A DNA stretch of 42,906 nt. Origin: a virus. How positions within the stretch are numbered: position 1 is the first letter of the stretch; every line of letters starts with the position of its first letter. Positions 1-7,618 of the stretch are shown one piece after another. Below the pieces are notes generated by a model, which made no database searches, was not told the DNA's origin, and worked only from the letters and a program-made list of their open reading frames with translations. The DNA is taken from the IMG/VR virus record IMGVR_UViG_3300027710_000002, positions 1-42,906 of that record, one strand, 5' to 3'. Position numbers and translations under genes: made by a program.

Positions 1-127
1 TCGACCACACCTCCTTCAAACATTGCTTTAAGAATATTGTTCGAGCCTCTTGGAAGATTTAGTTTATAGACTGAAGCTTCAAGTTTTTTAGGGTCAACTG
101 TAGCTTCCTTGTGATCGAAATCAAACA
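1..127. repeat. Terminal overlap identical to 42780..42906 (circular closure of the contig)
   Basis: Direct comparison of the two window ends gives 127/127 identical bases. A minus-strand ORF reads in frame across the join. Confidence 0.95.
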
Positions 128-503
128 GTGCTGTGTAGGAATCCAATGCTTTACGTGCGGATTCTTCGTTTCCTTTTTTCAAGGCCATTTGGTAGAGATT
201 CCAATAATTCTCTACTAATACCATTCTTTCTGCAGCTAAATTTATTTTGTCGATAGAGCCAAATAGCTCCATTGATAATGAATAGTCGCGATAAGCAGTC
301 GCTTGAGAGACGCTGTGGTCTCTCATAATTATTTTTATAGATTGTGCCGGTGAATATTTATTGTTGAGTCTTAGACTCCAAATGTGAACGAGTCTGTCTT
401 TTCGCAGAATTTCTTCAGGTGTTAGCTTCACCGAATCTTCATCGATGTACCAGGCTTTAATTCTTTGAAATGTGTTGTCTTTGGTAAATTTTACAATATC
501 CAT
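1..503 (-). CDS. terS: Terminase small subunit candidate, N-terminal part. The ORF wraps the circular junction and ends at TAA 42701..42703 (193 aa in total).
   Basis: ATG at 501-503 (rc) and open to the window edge. It continues in frame in the right-end copy. It has an HTH-like segment HSVSQATAYRDY. Its stop overlaps the terL ATG and it sits directly upstream of terL. Confidence 0.55.
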   Translation of the reverse strand, partial: MDIVKFTKDNTFQRIKAWYIDEDSVKLTPEEILRKDRLVHIWSLRLNNKYSPAQSIKIIMRDHSVSQATAYRDYSLSMELFGSIDKINLAAERMVLVENYWNLYQMALKKGNEESARKALDSYTALFDFDHKEATVDPKKLEASVYKLNLPRGSNNILKAMFEGGVV

Positions 504-546
504 GACAGCGAAAATATCATCTCAAGTCAGGTGAATAAAGGACATG

Positions 547-572
547 AAAAAGCCTGACATTAGTCAGGCTTT
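547..572 (-). terminator. Intrinsic terminator after the 641..964 ORF
   Basis: 10-bp stem AAAGCCTGAC/GTCAGGCTTT with a 4-nt loop, followed by a U-run on the minus strand. Near-identical to the hairpin at 1922..1948. Confidence 0.7.
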
Positions 573-640
573 ACTGTGTAAATAATTGAATTTAAACTTG
601 CAACAGCAAATTTATAGTGTTATCTTAGACATGGTCTCTT

Positions 641-964
641 CTAGTTAAGACCAGCCGTTTCTGTGATTTTTATGTGATTTTCTTTTATCAAATCCTCTAC
701 AAATTCTGTTACTGAATTTGCTCTGATATTTTCATCATTTGTCAAAACTGCTCGACGGGAATAGTTTATCATAAATTCTTCAATCGTTTTTTCTTTTTGA
801 AATGAATTCTGCCAAAGAAAAAGCACGATATCATAATTTGATATTGCTGTAAATTCTTTGTTGTCGTTGATAATCTTTACCCTCATAATATGAGGGTAAA
901 GGTAGTCATTTTTCCTATGCAAGCGAAAGCTCTCTGTCTTCAAAAAATTCCTGTAAATTTTCAT
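641..964 (-). CDS. Hypothetical protein, downstream partner of the amidoligase (alternative ATG at 886 gives 82 aa)
   Basis: The ATG at 964 overlaps the amidoligase 3' end by 50 nt. The second in-frame ATG at 884-886 lies in the hairpin at 875..901. No recognisable motif. Confidence 0.45.
   Translation of the reverse strand: MKIYRNFLKTESFRLHRKNDYLYPHIMRVKIINDNKEFTAISNYDIVLFLWQNSFQKEKTIEEFMINYSRRAVLTNDENIRANSVTEFVEDLIKENHIKITETAGLN
875..901 (-). promoter_or_regulatory. Perfect 11-bp-stem hairpin (CTTTACCCTCA-TAATA-TGAGGGTAAAG) just after the amidoligase stop, containing an ATG
   Basis: Inverted repeat read directly from the sequence. There is no U-tract, so it is not a classical terminator. 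Confidence 0.5.
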
Positions 965-1838
965 CTAGTATTTGGTTTAAGTCGGTTATTAAAATATTTT
1001 GCTTAGAAAATTCTACAAGCCTAGCGCAAATCAAAATCCAATTTTTTATTTTTAAAAAATTAGTGCTTGCACCGTGTTGTCTAAATTCTACCGTTCCGTG
1101 TCTCTGAAAGCTTTGTAAATTTAATTTATAATATCTGCTTCCGAAATACTGAGCCATTTGGTTTACCGTTTGGCAGTTGTCTATTTTTGAAAAAAGCGTT
1201 GTTCTTCCAAGGCTTTTAAATCCTTTGCAGTATCTGTTGGCGTTCGCTCTTCTGCTTGATGGCATTATTTTGTCGATTTGCTCCTCAATAAAAAATTGAT
1301 TCTTAACCAGTGTTCTAAAATTTTCTATCGAATAATCATTTGCGTCTAGGTGAACGTGAACTCCGCAAGTTGTATTTACTTGTGCGTTGCTTAGTCTTAA
1401 AGCTTTGCAGGCTTTTCTGAAATCCGTTAAACCTTCTTTTCCCTGTAAAATTGGGCTTACCATTTCTTGAGCGCTGATTCCTCTTATTGAAGCGTCCGAT
1501 ACAAATTTCCAGTGTGGTCTGCTTGAGTGGTTGTAGCTTTCGGTTCTTGCTTCAAGGCCTGAGTTTCTAAAGTTTTGCGTTAGGCTTGGATTTGCTCCGA
1601 AAAATTCAATTTCTACTCCAAATTTTCTTGTAAATTCAAATTCAAAATTTATCGGAGCAGTCGGTTGTGGGTTGGTAGTTCTTGCTTCATTCCATTTTTT
1701 CCAAATGTTGTAAGAAAAGCCTCGGTTTCCGTTACAAATTAAATCAGCAACCTGAAGTCTGGTGAAACCTAAGTCGAATAATGCTTCTCCTTTTTTCGTT
1801 TTTGTCCAGTTGCTGTTTAAAATTTCTTCGCGTGTCAT
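915..1838 (-). CDS. Glutamine-synthetase-fold amidoligase (Pfam Amidoligase_2-like) with a roughly 55-aa N-terminal extension
   Basis: Motifs FGVEIEF, WKFVSDASI..EMVSPIL, CGVHVHLD, RYCKGF and YYKLNL..HGTVEFRQHGAST match the family signature as I recall it. Confidence 0.8.
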   Translation of the reverse strand: MTREEILNSNWTKTKKGEALFDLGFTRLQVADLICNGNRGFSYNIWKKWNEARTTNPQPTAPINFEFEFTRKFGVEIEFFGANPSLTQNFRNSGLEARTESYNHSSRPHWKFVSDASIRGISAQEMVSPILQGKEGLTDFRKACKALRLSNAQVNTTCGVHVHLDANDYSIENFRTLVKNQFFIEEQIDKIMPSSRRANANRYCKGFKSLGRTTLFSKIDNCQTVNQMAQYFGSRYYKLNLQSFQRHGTVEFRQHGASTNFLKIKNWILICARLVEFSKQNILITDLNQILDENLQEFFEDRELSLA

Positions 1839-1921
1839 ATCGTATTGTTTTCTAATTATTTACAAGTCTAAGTACGCTCTAAACCGTCAAACACGCAAGT
1901 CATAAGTGCTTTATTTTCAAT

Positions 1922-1948
1922 AAAAAAGCCTGACTAATGTCAGACTTT
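1922..1948 (-). terminator. Intrinsic terminator overlapping the C5-MTase stop codon
   Basis: Stem AAAGTCTGAC/GTCAGGCTTT on the minus strand (one G-U pair), followed by UUUUUU. Same stem sequence as 547..572. Confidence 0.7.
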
Positions 1949-2983
1949 AAACCATTGCTCTCTCATTTTCATTGCTATATTTGCCGTCATGAGCGGAGGC
2001 ACACTCATGCCACAAACATACCTGGCATCAAAACCACAAAAATTGAAATCTAAAGGAAATGTTTGCATACGTCTGTACTCAGTTTCATTTGGGCTCCTCT
2101 GCTCAGTATAATACACTGATGCTCCAGAACTGACTAATGTTCCCGGAACTTCATTATCGTAATAAATTAAAGTAGAAAAAAAAGCATTAAACGTTTTGAT
2201 TCCACGATATTTAGCATCCGCAAATTTTAAATTTTGATCTCCAAATTCAACGAATGGAAGTCTTATTTTTATTGATGGCCACAGTTCTTTTGCTTTACCC
2301 GTTTTACAATCTTTATCTACAATTTCTCCAAATGTGATTGGCTTATTAAAAAATTCCAATTTCAAAGCAGGAAAATTTAAATCTTTACGTCTTGCAATAA
2401 AAAATATTCTTTCTCTAGCTTGTGGAACTCCCATTGTTGCAGAATTTAAACTAAAAATTTGCACATTATAGCCATAATCATTCAACAATTGATAAATCTT
2501 GATTGAATATTCTTTTGCTTTACCGGCAATTATTCCCGGTACATTTTCAAGGATAGCTGTTTTGGGTTTGAGTTTATTAATTGTCTCACAAAAAACAAAA
2601 ACCAAATCATCTAAGGTTTGAATTTTTTGACCTTCATTATATCTGCGAACCTTACCCCAATCAGATTCTCTATTTCCACACATTGAAAATGTTGTACATG
2701 GAGGTGAGCCGTCAAGAATATCTAAATCATAAAGTTCTTCAGGTAAATCATCTCTTTTGTTAAAATCTCTAATATCCTCTGTATAAAGGTATTCTGGGCT
2801 GTGATTTACAGTGTAGATTTTACTCATTTTCGGATCAATTTCTACACCGCCTAGATGTTGATATCCTGCAAGTTTATAGCCCATTGTAGAGCCACCACCA
2901 CAAACAAATGTTCCAAAAACTTTTAGGTTTGTTGGTTTAGGATAATCCTCTTGTTTTTGCCAGTCTAAGCTTATATTTCTCAT
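1940..2983 (-). CDS. DNA (cytosine-5)-methyltransferase
   Basis: Motif I FVCGGGSTMGY, motif IV GSPPCTTFS, motif VI ENVPG, motif VIII QARERIFFIA, motif X GMSVPP. Confidence 0.9.
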   Translation of the reverse strand: MRNISLDWQKQEDYPKPTNLKVFGTFVCGGGSTMGYKLAGYQHLGGVEIDPKMSKIYTVNHSPEYLYTEDIRDFNKRDDLPEELYDLDILDGSPPCTTFSMCGNRESDWGKVRRYNEGQKIQTLDDLVFVFCETINKLKPKTAILENVPGIIAGKAKEYSIKIYQLLNDYGYNVQIFSLNSATMGVPQARERIFFIARRKDLNFPALKLEFFNKPITFGEIVDKDCKTGKAKELWPSIKIRLPFVEFGDQNLKFADAKYRGIKTFNAFFSTLIYYDNEVPGTLVSSGASVYYTEQRSPNETEYRRMQTFPLDFNFCGFDARYVCGMSVPPLMTANIAMKMREQWFKV

Positions 2984-3055
2984 AATCTTTTTTTAAATCT
3001 TCAATTAATATTTCTCTATTTTTGAAAGCTTTTTGATTTTTTCTTTTTTTCTGTA

Positions 3056-4399
3056 TCATATTTTTTCAATCCATTTTGTACATTCTTCTTTTGATAACTT
3101 TTGACCATTCTTTACTACATTAAATTCTAGATTGTTATCACACATATATTTTATCCATCTTTTTGCAATAACATCAGCAAATCTGGGATCTAGTTCAATT
3201 CCTCGGCATTCTCTCCAGGTTATTTCGCAGGCAATCAAAGTCGATCCGGATCCAAGGAAAGAATCTCCGACGATATCCTTTTGTTTTGATGAATTTTTAA
3301 TGAGATAGCTTACTATATCCAAAGGCTTCATTGTCGGATGATCAGCATTGCGCAGTGGCTTATTAAATTCCAAGATTGTAGATTGTTTTCGGTCCGAAAA
3401 CCATGGATGCGAGGCACCTTCTTTCCAACCGTAAAGAATTGGCTCATGCTTCCAATGATAATCCTGACGACCCATCACGATTGAATTTTTAGCCCAAATC
3501 AAACATTGAGATAATTTGTACCCAGATTGCTTCAGGGCGTTTCGGAAATTTGCTCCTTCAGAATCTGCGTGAAATACATAAATAGGCGCTCCGAGCTCAG
3601 CGTTAATAAAACATTCTTGGTAGAAAAGATATAAGAAACTGAAGAACTCATCATTCGACATATTATCATTTTTAATTTTCAGCTTATCCTTTGTACCACC
3701 TTCGTAATTTACGTTGTACGGTGGATCAGTAACAATAAGGTTGAATTTTTGATCTCCTAAAATTTTCTTGTAATTTTCTGAAAGTGTAGAGTCTCCGCAT
3801 GTGAAAACGTGCTTAATTCCTTTTTGAATTGATATCAGTTCATAGACATCACCTTCCACGGTTTTCGGAACTGCAGGTGGTTCCGGATCAAAGTCTTGTT
3901 CCTCTTCATCCGGAACAAATGCATTGTCTTTTAAAAATTCTTCAAAAGCTCCTAAATCCATACCTATATCTTCCAGATCAATTTCCTGAAAAAACTCTTC
4001 AATCTTACTCCAGTCAAATTCACCATTATGAATATTTGATCTAAGCATGTATTCTTTGAATTCCTCTTCAGATAATTTTCGGTTGGGAACTCTCACATCG
4101 ATCAATTCTTCGCCTCTTTCCAGGATAAATAAAGCTGCTACTCGCTGATGTCCGGCGAGCAAAATATTATCGAAATCAATAACCGGTATTTCAACTAGGT
4201 TAAATTTCTCCAGGCTTTTTTTAAGCCGTAATAACTCCTCTTCAGATATTTGCCTTGGATTAAAATCACAAGGGATTAATTCGGACACCTTTCTTTGCAC
4301 GGTGTACCATTCTAACGGGGATGAAATAATATTTTCATCACTTAATTTGTCAGTTCTCATTTTATAACTAAATTTGCTTATCTCACTTTTCAAATACAC
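3056..4399 (-). CDS. ParB-like nuclease domain fused to a beta-class N6-adenine/N4-cytosine DNA methyltransferase
   Basis: The N-terminus has ParB/Srx-like ...NPRQ...LLAGHQRVAAL. The MTase has motif IV IVTDPPYNV before motif I VGDSFLGSGST. The codon at 4399 is GTG and the first ATG is at 4360. Confidence 0.85.
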   Translation of the reverse strand: MYLKSEISKFSYKMRTDKLSDENIISSPLEWYTVQRKVSELIPCDFNPRQISEEELLRLKKSLEKFNLVEIPVIDFDNILLAGHQRVAALFILERGEELIDVRVPNRKLSEEEFKEYMLRSNIHNGEFDWSKIEEFFQEIDLEDIGMDLGAFEEFLKDNAFVPDEEEQDFDPEPPAVPKTVEGDVYELISIQKGIKHVFTCGDSTLSENYKKILGDQKFNLIVTDPPYNVNYEGGTKDKLKIKNDNMSNDEFFSFLYLFYQECFINAELGAPIYVFHADSEGANFRNALKQSGYKLSQCLIWAKNSIVMGRQDYHWKHEPILYGWKEGASHPWFSDRKQSTILEFNKPLRNADHPTMKPLDIVSYLIKNSSKQKDIVGDSFLGSGSTLIACEITWRECRGIELDPRFADVIAKRWIKYMCDNNLEFNVVKNGQKLSKEECTKWIEKI

Positions 4400-4426
4400 A
4401 AAGCCCCCAAACAGAAGACTTTTATA

Positions 4427-4503
4427 GTCCTCCGCATGGGGTCTTTGTACTCAATATTTGAAAGGTGAGATTTTTGAATTTTGCGGAGGACGTTTTTTCC
4501 TCC
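4427..4503 (-). promoter_or_regulatory. Structured leader upstream of the ParB-MTase gene, with mutually exclusive helices
   Basis: Perfect 10-bp pairing GTCCTCCGCA (4427-4436) with TGCGGAGGAC (4482-4491). An alternative helix pairs GGAGG (4485-4489) with CCTCC (4499-4503). A third pairs CCCCA (4405-4409) with TGGGG (4437-4441). Confidence 0.4.
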
Positions 4504-4575
4504 TTGAGAATTTGTTCAAATAAAGTGAGATCTGCACACTGGGTAAAGGACAAAAAAAACTCTCAACAATGTCTG

Positions 4576-5283
4576 CTAATCAGACAACAATTTTTGAATA
4601 TTTTCTTGATCTAAAATATATTCCTGGAGCTGCTCAATTTTCCTTTGAACTGCAGCAACTTTTTTTCGATAATTCTGATCATCATCTGGAGGTAAATCGT
4701 TCTGCATTTTAGCAATGGTTTGTTTCCTTCTGCAGATAAGAGATTCTAGATTTTTGTATTTATGGTCGAGCTGTACAATATTTAAATTTGAAAAATCATT
4801 TTTGCTCTTCATTGGTAAAACTCGCTTATGCTCCAGATAATAATCTAAAATATATTTATGCTTATCAAATTTCTTCATCACCTCCAAAATCTCCATCTGT
4901 ACTTCATAAGCATCCGCTTCCTGATCTGCAGGAACTGAGTTAAGCTCAAGCTTCAGCTCGCAGAACTCAAACCACAAAGAATCTACTTCCTGATAAGTTC
5001 GGTGCAGTTCCGGAGGATACTGAGCAATCACACCTATAAACTTTGGTCTTTCTCTTTTAAGTGCTTCTGCAGGTTTCGGTTTTTGAATCTTAAGCTCTGG
5101 AGAAGTTATTGGAGAATTTTCAGGATCTCTTGGAGAATTGGAAATCGCAATATTTGGCAACTGTGAAATTAGATATGCAATCTTTGCTCGGTTTTCTAAA
5201 TTCGGAGCTTTGTATCTAATTGCTAGTTTTGGATCTCCTCCGGATGCAAGATAAATTTGTAAATTTTGAGTGTGCTTTTCCAT
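4576..5283 (-). CDS. Hypothetical protein (235 aa)
   Basis: ATG start and a long open frame. No motif recognised. Confidence 0.6.
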   Translation of the reverse strand: MEKHTQNLQIYLASGGDPKLAIRYKAPNLENRAKIAYLISQLPNIAISNSPRDPENSPITSPELKIQKPKPAEALKRERPKFIGVIAQYPPELHRTYQEVDSLWFEFCELKLELNSVPADQEADAYEVQMEILEVMKKFDKHKYILDYYLEHKRVLPMKSKNDFSNLNIVQLDHKYKNLESLICRRKQTIAKMQNDLPPDDDQNYRKKVAAVQRKIEQLQEYILDQENIQKLLSD

Positions 5284-5288
5284 ATTTT

Positions 5289-5315
5289 AAAAAAGCTCCT
5301 ATTTCTAGGAGCTTT
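5289..5315 (-). terminator. Intrinsic terminator at the end of the head module
   Basis: 9-bp stem AAAGCTCCT/AGGAGCTTT with a 6-nt loop and a U-run on the minus strand, ending 6 nt before the next ATG. Confidence 0.65.
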
Positions 5316-5358
5316 GAAAATAAAATTTTAAATAATATATATGAAAAGAAATTATGGG

Positions 5359-5667
5359 CTATTTTGTGACGGACGGTTTTTCCGCTGCAGGTTTCTTTGG
5401 TTGTGCTTTCAGCAATGTTTTTAAAAGCTCCAGTTCCGCCTTAAAATTGATCGGAGTTCTAACTTCAATTAGTTTTTGAATTTTTTCTTTTGAATAATCC
5501 TTCAGCAATTCTACACCGCCTTTTCTCAAACAAAGAGTGTGACTTCCAGATTCCCAAAGTTGCAAAGCATTTTTAGGAATCTCAGTCAGTTTTGTTTGGG
5601 AATTGTTGGATCCAATGATAATGGATCCAACAGCGACTGTCAATAAAAAATTATCGTTATTTATCAT
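5359..5667 (-). CDS. Hypothetical protein (102 aa)
   Basis: ATG start, 2-nt spacing to the upstream gene. Confidence 0.55.
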   Translation of the reverse strand: MINNDNFLLTVAVGSIIIGSNNSQTKLTEIPKNALQLWESGSHTLCLRKGGVELLKDYSKEKIQKLIEVRTPINFKAELELLKTLLKAQPKKPAAEKPSVTK

Positions 5668-5669
5668 TT

Positions 5670-6248
5670 TTAAGGTGTTACTGGAGTTGGAGCTGTATCT
5701 GGAGCTACAACAATTTCTCCGTCGAAAGCATAAAGACCGCTACGAGCTGTAACATTGAAAGCAGTACCTGCGTTTTCCTCATACTTCTTTGCCGTAGTAG
5801 CATCTGCTTTTGTCATATAAGCATCTAGAACGACCCATTTTTGACCTGTACTGTCAACGACAACGTAACACATTGGTGTATTTTTATGCCTCTTAATGAA
5901 CCCAACATTCTTTTTAATGAAGTTTGGAAGCATTCCGTCGAATTGTGCCTGATCTTTCATGTTCCCTACGGGTCCGACAAGATTATTCTTTAATTCATTT
6001 TCATCAATCATACACGTAGTTTTTTTAAAACCTTTACCAACAACAGGAACTAATGCCACAAGCGTAATTCCATCTGCGTATGATGTATTTTCATTTACAA
6101 CAGGCTTCGTGACTGTCTGTAGCTGATCCATAGGAGTGTAGTAAATGTCGGCTTTTACACCGCCAACAATCTCTTGGTTTGGGCAATATCCCATATTTTC
6201 AGTTCTTACTGTTTTGAAAGAACATCCTTCGTCGATTTCGTCTGCCAT
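5670..6248 (-). CDS. Virion structural protein candidate, paralogue of 37587..38171
   Basis: Shares the blocks IDENELK, GF(I/L)xRxKNxP, D(S/T)(T/S)GQxW and KKY with the 194-aa ORF. Located in the head module. Confidence 0.55.
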   Translation of the reverse strand: MADEIDEGCSFKTVRTENMGYCPNQEIVGGVKADIYYTPMDQLQTVTKPVVNENTSYADGITLVALVPVVGKGFKKTTCMIDENELKNNLVGPVGNMKDQAQFDGMLPNFIKKNVGFIKRHKNTPMCYVVVDSTGQKWVVLDAYMTKADATTAKKYEENAGTAFNVTARSGLYAFDGEIVVAPDTAPTPVTP

Positions 6249-6252
6249 TACT

Positions 6253-6576
6253 TTATTTTTTTAAGATTAAACCACTGTTACCTCCAATAAGAGCAAGAGC
6301 GAGATTTTCATCTGCAGCAATCTCCTTTTGGGTGTAACCTTTACCGTCTATTAAGATTTTTTTTGGAGCTTCATCTGTAAATTGATAATTTTCACCATCA
6401 AACTTAAAAGATAAACCTGGCTCAGGTTTTGAACTTTTCGGAGAAATCTCTTTTTGAGAAATAGCAGCTTCTCTTTCTTGAAGATTTTCCTCTCTTTCTT
6501 GCAGTTCAACTGCCTTTTTTTGAAGTTCCTCCGCTGATAAATCAGAGAAGGAAACTTTTATGTCTTTTTTTTCCAT
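6253..6576 (-). CDS. Hypothetical head-module protein (107 aa)
   Basis: Follows the capsid gene. The N-terminal half is acidic and coiled-coil-like. Confidence 0.5.
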   Translation of the reverse strand: MEKKDIKVSFSDLSAEELQKKAVELQEREENLQEREAAISQKEISPKSSKPEPGLSFKFDGENYQFTDEAPKKILIDGKGYTQKEIAADENLALALIGGNSGLILKK

Positions 6577-6599
6577 GTAATTTTATTGAAAAATTGTTT

Positions 6600-7616
6600 T
6601 TAAGCGACCAAACCCTTCTCTGATGCGTAATACAACTGATTCAATTCAGCGTTATTAAGACCTCTATTTTTAGTTGCATCCGGCGTATGTACAAAAGTTA
6701 ATTCGTTAATTGCAAATTCATAACCCAAAGTAAATTCACCTAAAATATCCAGTTCTCTTCCAACTTCCTGAACTTGAGTAATAGTAGCAGGATTGTCGAT
6801 AGCATCAACCATTTTTACAAAACCATTGTCAACTGTTGAAATTATAGTTCCTTTGGTTAATCCGTCAAGACCAATAATCTCTCTCTTTCCAAGTCTAGTA
6901 ACTAGTTTGTCCCCATCTTTGTAGATCGTATTCTTACCAAATTGATCTTCATAAGCAATTGCATAATCTTCAGCATCTGTAACAGAAGTGAAAATTTTCT
7001 TTACTTTTGATTTCATCAATTCAGGGAGCTGTCTTTCGTATTTTGTGAAAACATCAACAATATTTGATTGCGTAATTGCATCTCCTGGCATAAGGAATGC
7101 CGGGTTTTCTTCATTTAGCAAAAGCTTTCTGATAATCTCATTAAGACCATCCATAGAAAAGCCAAATTCAGGACTATTTAGACCTACTTTTGCAGCATTA
7201 TAAACGCCTTGAATTGAAAGAATATTTACGTCATCGATGATCTTGCTTAATAACAGATCAATTGAAAGCTTTGAGATTGACTTATCCTTAAGTCCTTTAC
7301 CTTCGTCGTACATTTCCTGAAGAACGGTACCTATAATCTCAGCAGGATTTAATCTGAAGTCGAACTTTTGATGATAGTTCTTCATTGTTTTTTTTCTAAA
7401 CTGTACTTCTCCGAAAGGAGTAACTTTTTTAGAATCAAAGCCTTGAACTACGTGACCGATTAATGAGTGTAGAGATGGATATTCCCCTCTAACTTTTGTA
7501 ATTGTAGTGGCATGAGCATTAAGAGCGATGGAAGAAGACAAGACAGCAGCTTGTAAAACTTTTGGATTCTTCTGTAAATATCTCCAAACCTCGATTTTGA
7601 TTTCGTCAATTTTCAT
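6600..7616 (-). CDS. Major capsid protein candidate
   Basis: 338 aa, directly after the protease and scaffold genes. Assigned on position and size only. Confidence 0.6.
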   Translation of the reverse strand: MKIDEIKIEVWRYLQKNPKVLQAAVLSSSIALNAHATTITKVRGEYPSLHSLIGHVVQGFDSKKVTPFGEVQFRKKTMKNYHQKFDFRLNPAEIIGTVLQEMYDEGKGLKDKSISKLSIDLLLSKIIDDVNILSIQGVYNAAKVGLNSPEFGFSMDGLNEIIRKLLLNEENPAFLMPGDAITQSNIVDVFTKYERQLPELMKSKVKKIFTSVTDAEDYAIAYEDQFGKNTIYKDGDKLVTRLGKREIIGLDGLTKGTIISTVDNGFVKMVDAIDNPATITQVQEVGRELDILGEFTLGYEFAINELTFVHTPDATKNRGLNNAELNQLYYASEKGLVA

Positions 7617-7618
7617 TT

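Noticed and set aside
1-127. The terminal direct repeat as a physical phage DTR
   Set aside because: The length equals a common assembler k-mer and the repeat falls inside the terS coding sequence. An assembly closure artefact is the simpler reading. It stays open until read-level data are examined.
1940-4399. A complete restriction-modification system
   Set aside because: No ORF adjacent to either methyltransferase has the size or motifs of an endonuclease. The ParB-like domain is fused to the MTase itself. I treat both as orphan MTases.
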